A stretch of 64,000 nt of DNA from Acidobacteriota bacterium (GTDB taxonomy: Bacteria; Acidobacteriota; UBA890; WLXD01), in NCBI GenBank assembly GCA_965248695.1, contig CBDFKD010000002.1, positions 2,496,001 to 2,560,000 on the forward strand, given 5' to 3'. This document shows, piece by piece, positions 30,831-39,985 of the stretch; the stretch's first letter is position 1; each line of letters begins with the position of its first letter. Below the pieces are notes generated by a model. That model was not told the origin of the DNA. It ran no database searches and saw only the letters and a program-made list of their open reading frames with translations. The translations under genes were made by a program, and so were the position numbers.

Positions 30831-30933
30831 GAGTCAAGGCCCGAAACTGCTATCCCCCGCCCGGTGGGGGTCTGTACCGGGTCAACGCGACAACCAGCTC
30901 TCCCCCAACGGGTTGTCTCCCTCGCGGTCGCAG

Positions 30934-31386
30934 CTAGTCGAGCAGTTGCAGGCGCAAGCCGGCGAAGCGCCGGAAACCACGGTCGAAGGTGGTCAACACC
31001 ATGTTCTCGGCGATCGCGAAGGCCGCCAGATAGGCGTCTGTCCACAGGCCGGGTGAGCCCAGGCTCGCTTCAGTCGCTGTTCGCAGGATCTGTTCGAGCC
31101 CTTGCGGCTCATCTGCGAAGTGCACCGGCGCCTGATCAAGTAGCGCCTCGTAGTCGCTCCATGCCTGCAGCGGGTCACGTACTGACGACCCCATGACCGC
31201 GCCATTGGTCAGCAGCCGCAACAGTCCGAGCTGCGTCAAGCGGCAGAAGTGAACCGTGTCGCCCCGGGGGAGCACCTGATGTCGCCACCAGGCAATCGCT
31301 GCTTCATGATGCGGATGGGGCTGGAGTACGGTCGCGAGCCACAGGTTCACGTCAGCGAGAATCGGGCGGGGGGGAGATGCGCTCAA
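30934..31386 (-). CDS. vapC: PIN-domain VapC toxin
   Basis: ILADVNLWLA...HPHH, TQLGLLRLLTN, WTDAYLAAFA, TFDRGF. Probable TTG start overlapping the antitoxin gene. Confidence 0.9.
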   Translation of the reverse strand: MSASPPRPILADVNLWLATVLQPHPHHEAAIAWWRHQVLPRGDTVHFCRLTQLGLLRLLTNGAVMGSSVRDPLQAWSDYEALLDQAPVHFADEPQGLEQILRTATEASLGSPGLWTDAYLAAFAIAENMVLTTFDRGFRRFAGLRLQLLD

Positions 31387-31663
31387 GCTCCTCCTTCTCC
31401 AGGATCTCGTGTAGATGCTCGGGCGTAAGGTCTCGCAGGTCCGGGCCACCCGGCCCCTGGATCAGAGGAAAGACACAATCCTCGGCCAGCCGCTGAGCAC
31501 CGCGATCGCCGTACTCCGGCGCCCGTTCCGCGAGATGCATCCGGCCGTCGAGGGCAGCGCGCAGGGACTCCGAAACGAAGTCCTTGAGCTTCATGCCGCG
31601 CAACGCGGCCTCGGACTTGGCTCGTCTGAGCAGCCCCTCCGGCAGATCGATGGTCGTTCGCAT
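31352..31663 (-). CDS. vapB: Ribbon-helix-helix antitoxin (VapB-like)
   Basis: MRTTIDLPEGLLRRAKSEAALRGMKLKDFVSESLR RHH N-terminus, directly upstream of and overlapping the PIN gene. Confidence 0.85.
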   Translation of the reverse strand: MRTTIDLPEGLLRRAKSEAALRGMKLKDFVSESLRAALDGRMHLAERAPEYGDRGAQRLAEDCVFPLIQGPGGPDLRDLTPEHLHEILEKEELERISPPPDSR

Positions 31664-31698
31664 GGGAGCATTTTGATGCATTTGATGTTTTGATGCAA
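31664..31698 (-). promoter_or_regulatory. Leaderless sigma70-type promoter and repeat operator of vapBC
   Basis: Minus strand reads TTGCAT-17 nt-CAAAAT-6 nt-ATG, with three CATCAAA direct repeats across it and no RBS. Confidence 0.7.
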
Positions 31699-31736
31699 CC
31701 TCGCAAGAGGACGCACGAAAGCTGCACGCTCGCGGG

Positions 31737-32657
31737 TCAACGGTCCTTGAACTTCCGATCGGGCAGTCCTCGCACGCCGTCGGGAACGACCTGATAGACG
31801 CCGCCCGCCTCGGGCGTTCGGGCCAGCTCTTCATCGTTCATCTGTTGCCGCGCCGACGTGATGTACAGCTGGTCGAGGTCAGGTCCGCCAAAGGCCACGC
31901 AGGTCGGGTTCTTCGCCGGCACGGCAATCTCACGATCGATGCTGCCCTGTGGTGTGTAGCGTCGCACTATGGCGCCACGCCACTCGGCATTCCACAGGCA
32001 TCCGTCTGCGTCTATGACGGAACCGTCTGGGAACCCCTGGTTCGCGTCGAAACGGACGAACTCACGGATGTTCGCCACGCTGGCTTCGTCGGCGTCGTAA
32101 TCACACTGCATGATGCGTCGCTCGCGCGTATCGCAGTAGTACATCGTCGTTCCGTCCGGGCTGAAACAGATGCTGTTGGAGGTAACGACCGCGCCCAGGC
32201 CCAGGCGGCGTAGGCCCCGTTGCCAGGAGAACTGATAGAAGGCTCCGAGCGGCGCCTTCTCGCGAACTTCGTTGAGCGTCCCGAAGACGAAGTTGCCGGA
32301 GCGGTCAGTGCGACCGTCGTTCACGCGCGTCGAAGGCTGGGAGCCTTCGACGGAAACGAGCGGTGTGATAGCCAGAGTTTCAGCCCCACCCGGTACTTCT
32401 GCGTCTCGAGCCGCATCGATATCGGCGAGGCAGAGCTGCTTCGCGAGCCCGAGCAGCAGCTTGCCGGATTCGCACAGGGCGAACGAGCCGAGTCGATCGG
32501 GTAGCGACCAGGTGCGTGCGCTATCCGCCCCGTGCGCATGCATCCACAGCTGCGATTCCTGGATATCCGTCCACAGCAACGCGTGCCGGCCCTCGCACCA
32601 CGTGATGCCTTCGCCGAGGGTGCATCGCGCGTCCACCCACAGGGTCGCCGTCTTCAA
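31737..32657 (-). CDS. SMP-30/gluconolactonase/LRE family protein
   Basis: LGEG.TW, LLWTDI, RVNDGRTD..G, SNSICFSPDG, PDGSVIDADGCLWNA, PTCVAFGG..L..LYITSA. Confidence 0.93.
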   Translation of the reverse strand: MKTATLWVDARCTLGEGITWCEGRHALLWTDIQESQLWMHAHGADSARTWSLPDRLGSFALCESGKLLLGLAKQLCLADIDAARDAEVPGGAETLAITPLVSVEGSQPSTRVNDGRTDRSGNFVFGTLNEVREKAPLGAFYQFSWQRGLRRLGLGAVVTSNSICFSPDGTTMYYCDTRERRIMQCDYDADEASVANIREFVRFDANQGFPDGSVIDADGCLWNAEWRGAIVRRYTPQGSIDREIAVPAKNPTCVAFGGPDLDQLYITSARQQMNDEELARTPEAGGVYQVVPDGVRGLPDRKFKDR

Positions 32658-32664
32658 GTCGCGG

Positions 32665-34368
32665 TCATCCGGCGATCGAGTCCCAGTTCTCCACTAGGTG
32701 ATCGGCGGCGCGCCAGGCGAGCGCCTGTACGGTGAGCGTCGGGTTGCGCGCACCACTGGTGCCCATGACGGAGGCTCCGAGCACGCCGAGATTGGGCGCC
32801 TCGTGTGAAAAGCCCCAGCGGTCGACGACGTTGGTCGCAGGGTTGTCGCCCATGCGCGTGCCGCCGTAGGCGTGATCCGTCGGCCCCATAGTGCCGAGCG
32901 AGCGCCGGGAGACCTCCACCGCGCCCGCCTCCATGTACCACTGCTCCATCTTGTCCAGCAGGAAGCTGTGGAGCTTGTTCTCGTTGTCCTTGAAATCCGC
33001 CGTGATACGACACACCGGATCGCCGAGAGGATCCTTCACGGTGGGATGCAGATCGAGGTAGTTGTCCTCGTACGGCAGCGTCGTCGCCTGGATGAAGGGC
33101 CGGTTGGAGCGGTCGGCGTTCTCGCTGACGAACGACTTCCATGCGGAGCCCCAGCGCGGCGCGCGCCCGAACGTGCTCATGCCGGCAGCGCTGATCGGCT
33201 TGCGCTCGGTGTGTACCCACAGGTTGCCGCCACCAATGAAATCCAGCTCGTCGTGGTCGAAGTTGTCATCGGCCCAGTCGTCGATCGCCACCCCCTGTGC
33301 CGGCAGGCCATACCAGGTGTTGAGATCGCGCGGAAAGAGCGCCTCGACGCCGGAGAACATGGCGTGGCTCATGTAATGCCTGCCGACCTGACCGCCATTG
33401 TTCGACAGACCGTGCGGATACTTGGCCGACTTCGACATCAGCAGAAGCCGTACGTTCTCGTAGGTGAAGCTGGCTACCAGCACCACCGACGCCGGCTGGA
33501 AGTAGGTCTCGCCGTCCTTGAGGTAGTGAACGCCGCGAGCGCGCCCGTCGTCAGATTCGGCGATTCGCAGCACATGAGCCCGCGGCACGACCTGCAGGTT
33601 CCCGGTGTCGATTGCCCTGGGAATGGTCGTTACCGCGGTCGAGTTCTTGGCGCTGACGTGACAACCACCGCGGCTACAGAAACCGTGATAAACGCAGGCC
33701 GACCGGTCCTGGTACGGCTGTGAGTTGATCGCCGCCGGGCCCGGGAAGGGGTGCCAATCGAGCCCTCGCGCCGCACCCGACATGAGCTCGGTGAAGCCCG
33801 TGCCCCGAAGTGGTGGCATCGGAAACTCACGCCGGCGCGGCCCCTCGAAGATGTTGCCGCCCTCGTCCAGCTCGCCGTTGACGTTGCCGGCCTTGCCCGA
33901 GACCCCGATCTCGTACTCGACGCGGTCGTAATAAGGCTCGAGCTCCTCCAGCCCGAACGGCCAGTCCTCCACGGTAGAGCCCGCCGGGATGCGCCCGGCA
34001 CCGTAGCGCCGAGTGGTCTCTCTCACAACCTTGAAGTCCCACGGGTTGAGACGCCAGCTCTGCGCCCAGTAATGAAGCGAAGTGCCGCCGACGGCGTTCA
34101 TCATCGGGTGGACGGAGTACCGCGGCGACTCGGGTGCCGTGGCGCTCGAACGGTGCACCGGAACCTCGCGGTTCGCCTTCTGCACCGCGCGTGGCCAACC
34201 GCGCCGGTGCTGTAGCTCGTCGGGGGCGAAGTCGGACGGACCCATCCAGTCTCCGGCTTCCAGCCCGATGACTTCGAGCCCGGCCTCTGCCAGCGGCAGG
34301 GCGGCCACACCGCCGACGGCGCCGAGGCCGACGATGACCACGTCGGTCTTCTTCAGCTCAACGGCCAC
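32665..34368 (-). CDS. GMC-family FAD oxidoreductase (gluconate 2-dehydrogenase large-subunit-like)
   Basis: DVVIVGLGAVGG, GGTSLHY, CVYHGFC..GGC, ENVRLLL.S, HAYGGTRMG, NPTLT.QALAW. GTG start at about 34368 (or 34374) overlaps the small-subunit stop. Confidence 0.9.
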   Translation of the reverse strand: MAVELKKTDVVIVGLGAVGGVAALPLAEAGLEVIGLEAGDWMGPSDFAPDELQHRRGWPRAVQKANREVPVHRSSATAPESPRYSVHPMMNAVGGTSLHYWAQSWRLNPWDFKVVRETTRRYGAGRIPAGSTVEDWPFGLEELEPYYDRVEYEIGVSGKAGNVNGELDEGGNIFEGPRRREFPMPPLRGTGFTELMSGAARGLDWHPFPGPAAINSQPYQDRSACVYHGFCSRGGCHVSAKNSTAVTTIPRAIDTGNLQVVPRAHVLRIAESDDGRARGVHYLKDGETYFQPASVVLVASFTYENVRLLLMSKSAKYPHGLSNNGGQVGRHYMSHAMFSGVEALFPRDLNTWYGLPAQGVAIDDWADDNFDHDELDFIGGGNLWVHTERKPISAAGMSTFGRAPRWGSAWKSFVSENADRSNRPFIQATTLPYEDNYLDLHPTVKDPLGDPVCRITADFKDNENKLHSFLLDKMEQWYMEAGAVEVSRRSLGTMGPTDHAYGGTRMGDNPATNVVDRWGFSHEAPNLGVLGASVMGTSGARNPTLTVQALAWRAADHLVENWDSIAG

Positions 34369-35035
34369 GGCCACCGCCCGGGGTAGAAAACGCCCGATAG
34401 TCGTATGCTGAACGCCCACTCGACTCCACACCCACGTCCATTTGCTGCTGCGACTCGGTAACCACGACTCGCACACCCGGGTAACCGATCAACTCCCAGC
34501 CGACCAGATCGCGATTGCCGCCATAGTGTGGGTCGCAGAAGGTCCCCTCGATGGTGTGTGACCGGAGCAGCCCGAAGAACTCTCCCGAGCTCGTATCGAA
34601 GCCCGTGGCGTTATCCCCCTCCATGTCACGCAGAACATCGTCCTGATCGTCGGCCGACAGCCGGGCGAAGCGCGCGCCGCGCGTGGCCTCGGCGAACCTG
34701 TCCACCGCTGCCAGACCCGCCGAGTACGCGCCCCGATGCGTCGCCAGGGCGCCGGAGAGGCCGCGGTCGATGTAGCGGGCGGCGCCCGCTTCGGTAGCGC
34801 CGGGGCCGTTTTCGTCAGTGGGTATCAGGCGCGCTACGATCGCCTCGAGTACGTCAGACTCCGCTGCGGTGAGGGTTTCGAAGGCGCCCTGGGTACGCTC
34901 GGAGCTCTCGATCGATGCCAGCGCCGGCACCGGCAACGTCGCCGTCGCCCCGACGATTCCGGCACGCTTCAGCAGCTCGCGTCGCGACACCCCTCGGCCG
35001 GCGGCGAGCGCCCGGATGAACTCCCTGATCCTCAT
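34358..35035 (-). CDS. Gluconate 2-dehydrogenase subunit 3 family (Tat small subunit)
   Basis: SRRELLK Tat motif, RLIP.DE.GPGA.EAGA..YID, EGTFCDP.YGGN....GW.LIGYPG. Confidence 0.9.
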   Translation of the reverse strand: MRIREFIRALAAGRGVSRRELLKRAGIVGATATLPVPALASIESSERTQGAFETLTAAESDVLEAIVARLIPTDENGPGATEAGAARYIDRGLSGALATHRGAYSAGLAAVDRFAEATRGARFARLSADDQDDVLRDMEGDNATGFDTSSGEFFGLLRSHTIEGTFCDPHYGGNRDLVGWELIGYPGVRVVVTESQQQMDVGVESSGRSAYDYRAFSTPGGGRGR

Positions 35036-35096
35036 CGACGTTTCTCCGGCTCCAGTCCTGCCCTCGCTTCCTTCCCGTCAGTCTCGCGCTCGAGCG

Positions 35097-35792
35097 TCAG
35101 TGGTCCCCGTGCGCCGCTGCGATGCGCTCGAGACGAAGCTGCTCGCCCACCCAAACAGCGGTGACCTCGACCTGCTGGCCGGCGTGCGCCCTGAGCTCCT
35201 CCTCGAAGTCTCCGGCGTTGACGAAACCGATAACCGTCGTGTGATTCCGTAGTTGGACGATCAGCGCGAGGTCCCCGGCAGCCTGCACCCTGCGGAGTAC
35301 CCACGCGGCTGGATCAGGCTCATCCTCGGACGGCGCCAGCTCGACGCGATGCCCGATCAACCCCTGACGTGAGGTACGAAACTCCTCGGGTCGGTTGTAC
35401 ATCAGGGACCCGCCCTGCCTGAAACCGTTCACCTCTTGGGTGCCCAGCGGGCTGACGACGGTTCCGCTCAGCAGATCGCCGTCGAGCTCGAGGTCGTAGT
35501 CGTAGGCGCCGAAGCCGAAGCTGATGTCGGCACCGTCGAGACGCAAACCGTCGACCGGAAGAAAGGTGTCGCGCACGGTGGTGAGCTCTCCATTGAGCGA
35601 CCCGTCGGACTCCTCCAATCGCAGCAGCACGGTGCGAATCCGGCCGGTGGCGCGCTGGCTCTGCTCGCCGAACTTCAGGTTCCAGATCCCGACGGGGTCC
35701 TGCTCGACGACCGGAGCACACCCAACGCCGGTGCCGATAGCGAGCGCGAACCCGATTGCGAGCGCCAGACAGCGAGCGTTGTGATTCATCAT
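35097..35792 (-). CDS. Hypothetical lipoprotein (copy 2)
   Basis: Lipobox-like GVG-C, DPVG.WNLKFG. Clearly paralogous to 37049-37813. Confidence 0.82.
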   Translation of the reverse strand: MMNHNARCLALAIGFALAIGTGVGCAPVVEQDPVGIWNLKFGEQSQRATGRIRTVLLRLEESDGSLNGELTTVRDTFLPVDGLRLDGADISFGFGAYDYDLELDGDLLSGTVVSPLGTQEVNGFRQGGSLMYNRPEEFRTSRQGLIGHRVELAPSEDEPDPAAWVLRRVQAAGDLALIVQLRNHTTVIGFVNAGDFEEELRAHAGQQVEVTAVWVGEQLRLERIAAAHGDH

Positions 35793-35804
35793 TCCGGCAC
35801 GAAC

Positions 35805-37049
35805 CTAACTGGCGCCACTGTCGGTAATATCACCCTCGTAGGAGGGAATGACCGGCTCGTCCAGCTTGTATCGATAGTGGATCCACCCCTCCATCATCTC
35901 GTCGCGCGAATCCATACCCCAGATGACCTTCAAGTTGGGGTTCGGATTCCAGGGGTTGTTCTCCGAGTTGTCGAAGTGCGAGGTGACACGAAGCTTCGAG
36001 CCGCTGGACAGCTTCGTCGGATTCGCCAGCACGTAGGCGATCTGCCAGTACATGTTGTATTGCGGCACGAACAACAGGGTTTCCTCGCGCCCATCGGGGT
36101 GGATTGCCTGGAACTTCATGTCCTTGCCGCGATAGTGCATGTGCGGGGTCATGAGCAAGAGCTCGACCTCCTCGTCGAACTCCGTCTCCGCCACGCTCTC
36201 GTAGTTGGGTTCGTGCGGCGGGATCTCGAAGCTCTGGTCGGTGACCAGGCTGCCGCGGATCTCGTACTCGATCGGGTTCCGGGCCAGCCAGACGCCAACC
36301 TTGGTGCGATCGACCTGTTCCTCGCCGTTGGGGTGGTAGTGCATCTCGACACGAAACTCTGATCCGACCGGCAGCCGATGCGCGCTCCCGTCCGGGAACA
36401 GATCCGGCTGTCTGCCCGGCACCGCCAGGGCAAGTCCGTCCCAGGTGCCGTCGGGCCAGTAGGCATCGACGTTGATGTGATGCACCACCCTGGAATTGCC
36501 GCGTGCCTCGATCGCCCGAATCCAGATGTCCTCTGTGTGGGTCGTGGAGGTCATCACGTGGTGGATGATGTCCGGCCCGGACGCCGGCACGACGAAGTCC
36601 TCCTCCAGCTCGAAGATGTAGTCGGGGGGCCCGAGCTCGGAATCGAGCGCCCAGCCAGTCGGGAACGTCGGCGGCGTGAACGTGCCGCTCCCACGGGGTG
36701 TCCCGGCTTCGACCCAATCGACGAGTGTGCCGATCTCGTCGTCTGTGAGCCGCCGCTCGTTGGCGAAGTGGCCGTACTGCGGATCCGCATGCCACGGGGG
36801 CATGATGCGCTCGCGGACCACCATGCGTATCGACCGAGCCCACGGAACGACGTCGTCGTAGGTCAACAGCGACATGGGCGATACCTCGCCCGGCCGGTGG
36901 CAACCCATGCAGTTGACCGCCATCAACGGCGCCACGTCGTCGGTCCAGGTCGGGGTGCGTTCCTGCGGCGGCGCGCCGGCAGCCGGGACCGTGCTCCAGG
37001 CGCCGATCAACACCAGGGACGCCGCGGCGACGATCAGAGCTTTCCTCAT
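35805..37049 (-). CDS. Secreted c-type heme + PHM/DBH-like dicopper monooxygenase homolog (paralog 2)
   Basis: ATG 37049 overlaps the upstream stop (TGATG). Signal peptide, CMGCH, IMPPW, VVHH, MHYH, PHMH, DEM. Confidence 0.8.
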   Translation of the reverse strand: MRKALIVAAASLVLIGAWSTVPAAGAPPQERTPTWTDDVAPLMAVNCMGCHRPGEVSPMSLLTYDDVVPWARSIRMVVRERIMPPWHADPQYGHFANERRLTDDEIGTLVDWVEAGTPRGSGTFTPPTFPTGWALDSELGPPDYIFELEEDFVVPASGPDIIHHVMTSTTHTEDIWIRAIEARGNSRVVHHINVDAYWPDGTWDGLALAVPGRQPDLFPDGSAHRLPVGSEFRVEMHYHPNGEEQVDRTKVGVWLARNPIEYEIRGSLVTDQSFEIPPHEPNYESVAETEFDEEVELLLMTPHMHYRGKDMKFQAIHPDGREETLLFVPQYNMYWQIAYVLANPTKLSSGSKLRVTSHFDNSENNPWNPNPNLKVIWGMDSRDEMMEGWIHYRYKLDEPVIPSYEGDITDSGAS

Positions 37050-37813
37050 CAGTTGTCGCTCTCCGGTGCAGCTGGGGCGATTCTCTCCAAACGCAGCTCT
37101 TCCCCCTCCCAGACTGCCGTGATGTCGACCCGCTGCCCGGCGTGGGCTCTGAGCTGTTCTTCGAAATCCGCCGCGTTGACGAAGGGAACAGCGGTCCTGT
37201 AGTTCCTCAGAAAAACGATGAACGCCAGGTCCCGCGGCGACTGGACGCGGCTGAGCACCCATGCCGCCGGATCGGGCTCGTCGTCGGGCGGCGCAAGATC
37301 GACTCGATGGCCGATGACCCCATCCCGCGACGTTCGGAACTCCTCCGGGCGGTTGTACATCAGCGTCTCGACCTGCCGGCGGCCGTTGACCTGCTCGGTG
37401 CCACGCGGGCTGACGACGCTCCCGGCCATGAGATCACCATCGATGACGAGGTCGTATGCGTAGGCGCCGAAGGCGAAGCTGACTGTGTTTCCCTCGACGA
37501 GGAAGTCGTCGACGGGGAGAAACCGGTCGCGGATCGACGTCAGCTCAGCGACGAGCGCTCCGTCGACCTCCTCCACCTTCAGCAGCGAGGTCGGAATCCT
37601 GCCGGTCGAAGCCTGGCTCTGATCGCCGAATTTCAGGTTCCAGACACCGACCGGATCCGGCGCGGCCTCCGTGCTGCAACCGGAGACCGGGATCAGGAAG
37701 CCGAGCGCCAGGAGCACGCCAGAAGCTCCGAGCTTCGGTGAGGCACGCGTCGCCCCGGAGTCCCGACGGCCACGTGGCGACAGCCGGGTTCGGCAACCGC
37801 GGATCCAGGACAC
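37049..37813 (-). CDS. Hypothetical lipoprotein (copy 1)
   Basis: GTG start overlaps the upstream stop (TAGTG). VSG-C lipobox. Shares LMYNRPEEFRTSR, DEPDPAAWVL and LRAHAGQ with 35097-35792. Confidence 0.82.
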   Translation of the reverse strand: MSWIRGCRTRLSPRGRRDSGATRASPKLGASGVLLALGFLIPVSGCSTEAAPDPVGVWNLKFGDQSQASTGRIPTSLLKVEEVDGALVAELTSIRDRFLPVDDFLVEGNTVSFAFGAYAYDLVIDGDLMAGSVVSPRGTEQVNGRRQVETLMYNRPEEFRTSRDGVIGHRVDLAPPDDEPDPAAWVLSRVQSPRDLAFIVFLRNYRTAVPFVNAADFEEQLRAHAGQRVDITAVWEGEELRLERIAPAAPESDN

Positions 37814-39063
37814 TAGCGGGCGCCGCCGTCAGTGGTGAGCTCGTCGTAGGCCGGAATGATCGGATTGGCCAGCTTGCGGCGATAGTGCAGCCACCCCTCG
37901 AACATCTCGTCGCGCGAATCCATGCCGTAGATCACCCGCACGTTGGGGTTCGGGTTCCAGGGGTTGTTCGCTGAGTTGTCGAAGTGCCCGATCGTCCGCA
38001 GCTTGGCCCCCTTGGGCAGGTGAATCGGCTCCGCCAGCTTGTAGACCATCTGCCAGTAGATGTTGTAGTGCGGCACATATAGCAGGGTCTCCTCCCGACC
38101 GTCGGGATGAACCAGCTGGAACATGAAGTCCGTGCCGCGATAGTGCATGTGCGGGTTCAAGACCAGCAGATCGGCCTCCTCCTCCTCGAACACCTTTTCC
38201 GCCCTGTGTTCGTAGTTGGGCTCGTGCGGCGGGATCTCGAAGGTCTGGTCGCTGACCAGGTCGCCGATCACCTGGTACTCGACCCGAGATCGGGCCAGCC
38301 AGACGCCGACGCGGGTGCGATTCGTCTGCGGCTCACCGTTGGGGTGGTAGTGCATCGTCAGCCGCAGCTGTGCTCCGGCCGGAAACAGTATGGCGTTGCC
38401 GTCCGGGAAGAAATCTGGCGGCTTCCCGGGAAGATCGATCCCCAGCAGAGCTCGGCTTTCGTCCGGATGCTCGGCCATGATGTCGATGTGGTGGACGATG
38501 CGCGAATTGCCCCTCGCCTCAAGCCCGCGCAACCAGATGTCCTCGGTGTGGGTGGTGGAGATGTAGACGTGCTGGTAGATGTCCGGGCCGTCGGCCGGCA
38601 TCTGCCACTCCTCGTCCATCTCGAAGACGTAGTCGGGCGGCCCTTCAGAGGCGGCAAGGGACCAGTCCCCGTCCGCATACGTCGGCGTGGTGAACGAGCC
38701 GTCACCCCGCGGAGTCCCGGCCTCGATCCACGCCATCATGGTCCCGATCTCGTCGTCGGTGAGCCGGCGATCGTTGACGAAATGTCCCCACTGCGGATCG
38801 GCGTGCCACGGCGGCATGATGCGCTCGCTCACGACCATCCGGATCGACCGTGCCCAGGGCACCACGTCGTCGTAGGACAGCAACGACATGGGGGCTACCT
38901 GTCCGGGTCGGTGGCAACTCATGCAGTTGGCAGCCATGAGAGGGCCGATGTCGTCGGTCCAGGTAGGCACGCCTTCCTGCGGCATAGAGCCCGAAGCCGG
39001 GAGCGTTGTCCAGCCGCCGATCAGGAGCAGGGAAACGGCGGCGACCAGTAGAGCTTTTCTCAT
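37813..39063 (-). CDS. Secreted c-type heme + PHM/DBH-like dicopper monooxygenase homolog (paralog 3)
   Basis: ATG 39063 (MRKALL...). CMSCH, IMPPW, IVHH, MHYH, PHMH, DEM. Confidence 0.8.
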   Translation of the reverse strand: MRKALLVAAVSLLLIGGWTTLPASGSMPQEGVPTWTDDIGPLMAANCMSCHRPGQVAPMSLLSYDDVVPWARSIRMVVSERIMPPWHADPQWGHFVNDRRLTDDEIGTMMAWIEAGTPRGDGSFTTPTYADGDWSLAASEGPPDYVFEMDEEWQMPADGPDIYQHVYISTTHTEDIWLRGLEARGNSRIVHHIDIMAEHPDESRALLGIDLPGKPPDFFPDGNAILFPAGAQLRLTMHYHPNGEPQTNRTRVGVWLARSRVEYQVIGDLVSDQTFEIPPHEPNYEHRAEKVFEEEEADLLVLNPHMHYRGTDFMFQLVHPDGREETLLYVPHYNIYWQMVYKLAEPIHLPKGAKLRTIGHFDNSANNPWNPNPNVRVIYGMDSRDEMFEGWLHYRRKLANPIIPAYDELTTDGGAR

Positions 39064-39175
39064 CGAGATCCTCCGGCGCGGTGCCCAGTTCGCGAGCCTG
39101 GCTATCGAAACACGGCGTTTCCTCGTAGTCCACAGACAGGTGGAGGAACGAGCGCTACTGTGCTCCAATCTGGCC

Positions 39176-39985
39176 ATGTTCCGCACCCGACACCATCGTC
39201 GCGGATGGGCAGCGCCCGTCGCCGGCATGCTACTCGCCGCCACGGCCACGAACGTCGCGGCCCAGGCCCACAGCAATCCGTTCAACGGCCTGGGTGATGT
39301 TGCCGTCGGCGAAAACCTGTTCCTAGTTCATTGCGGCAGGTGCCACGGCTACGACGCGACGGGCGGTCGGGGGCCCGATCTGACGACCGGCCGGATCCTG
39401 GCGCGCGGCGATGAGGGTCTGTTCCAGGTCGTCGCCGAGGGAATCCCCGGCACCGAGATGCCGCCGATCCATCGCACCGGATCGGACAAGTCGGTCTGGC
39501 AGCTGGTGGCGTACCTGCAAGCGCTGAACCGGGCGCCGGAGGACATCATGCTGCCCGGCGATCCGTCGGCGGGTGAGGCCGTCTATCGCGGCAAGGGTGC
39601 TTGCGAGAGTTGCCACATGGTCGAGGGCGCCGGGGGCCGGCTGGGGCCCGACCTCACCAATGTCGGCGAGCGACGCGCACCGGAAGCCCTGATGGCCGAC
39701 CTGCTGCGGCCACACTCGGAGGTCCAACCGCGCTGGTGGTCGATGCGCGTCACCCACGAGGATGGCACGCAGGTCGAGGGGCTGCGCATGAACGAGGATT
39801 CCTATTCCGTGCGCATCATCGACGGCGACGAGAACCTGTGGTCGTTCGCGAAGCGTGACCTGCGCCAGAGCGAGCGCATCGAGACGTCCACCATGCCGAG
39901 CTACGAAGGGGAGCTCACGCCGGCAGAAGTCGACAATCTCGTGGCCTTCCTGTATTCGCTGCGACGGACGGAGAGACGACCATGA
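39176..39985 (+). CDS. Di-heme c-type cytochrome with putative heme-binding (Pirellula/Verrucomicrobium-type) domain
   Basis: Signal peptide, CGRCH...GIPGTEMP and CESCH...GPDLT...STMP. ATGA overlap with the PQQ dehydrogenase. Confidence 0.88.
   Translation: MFRTRHHRRGWAAPVAGMLLAATATNVAAQAHSNPFNGLGDVAVGENLFLVHCGRCHGYDATGGRGPDLTTGRILARGDEGLFQVVAEGIPGTEMPPIHRTGSDKSVWQLVAYLQALNRAPEDIMLPGDPSAGEAVYRGKGACESCHMVEGAGGRLGPDLTNVGERRAPEALMADLLRPHSEVQPRWWSMRVTHEDGTQVEGLRMNEDSYSVRIIDGDENLWSFAKRDLRQSERIETSTMPSYEGELTPAEVDNLVAFLYSLRRTERRP

Larger units (their letters stand above)
35097..39063 (-). repeat. Tandem duplication of an approximately 2-kb two-gene unit (monooxygenase + lipoprotein)
   Basis: Units 37049-39063 and 35097-37049 are collinear, with shared blocks such as MSLL.YDDVVPWARSIRMVV.ERIMPPWHADPQ, FEIPPHEPNYE and GMDSRDEM.EGW.HYR. 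Confidence 0.92.
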
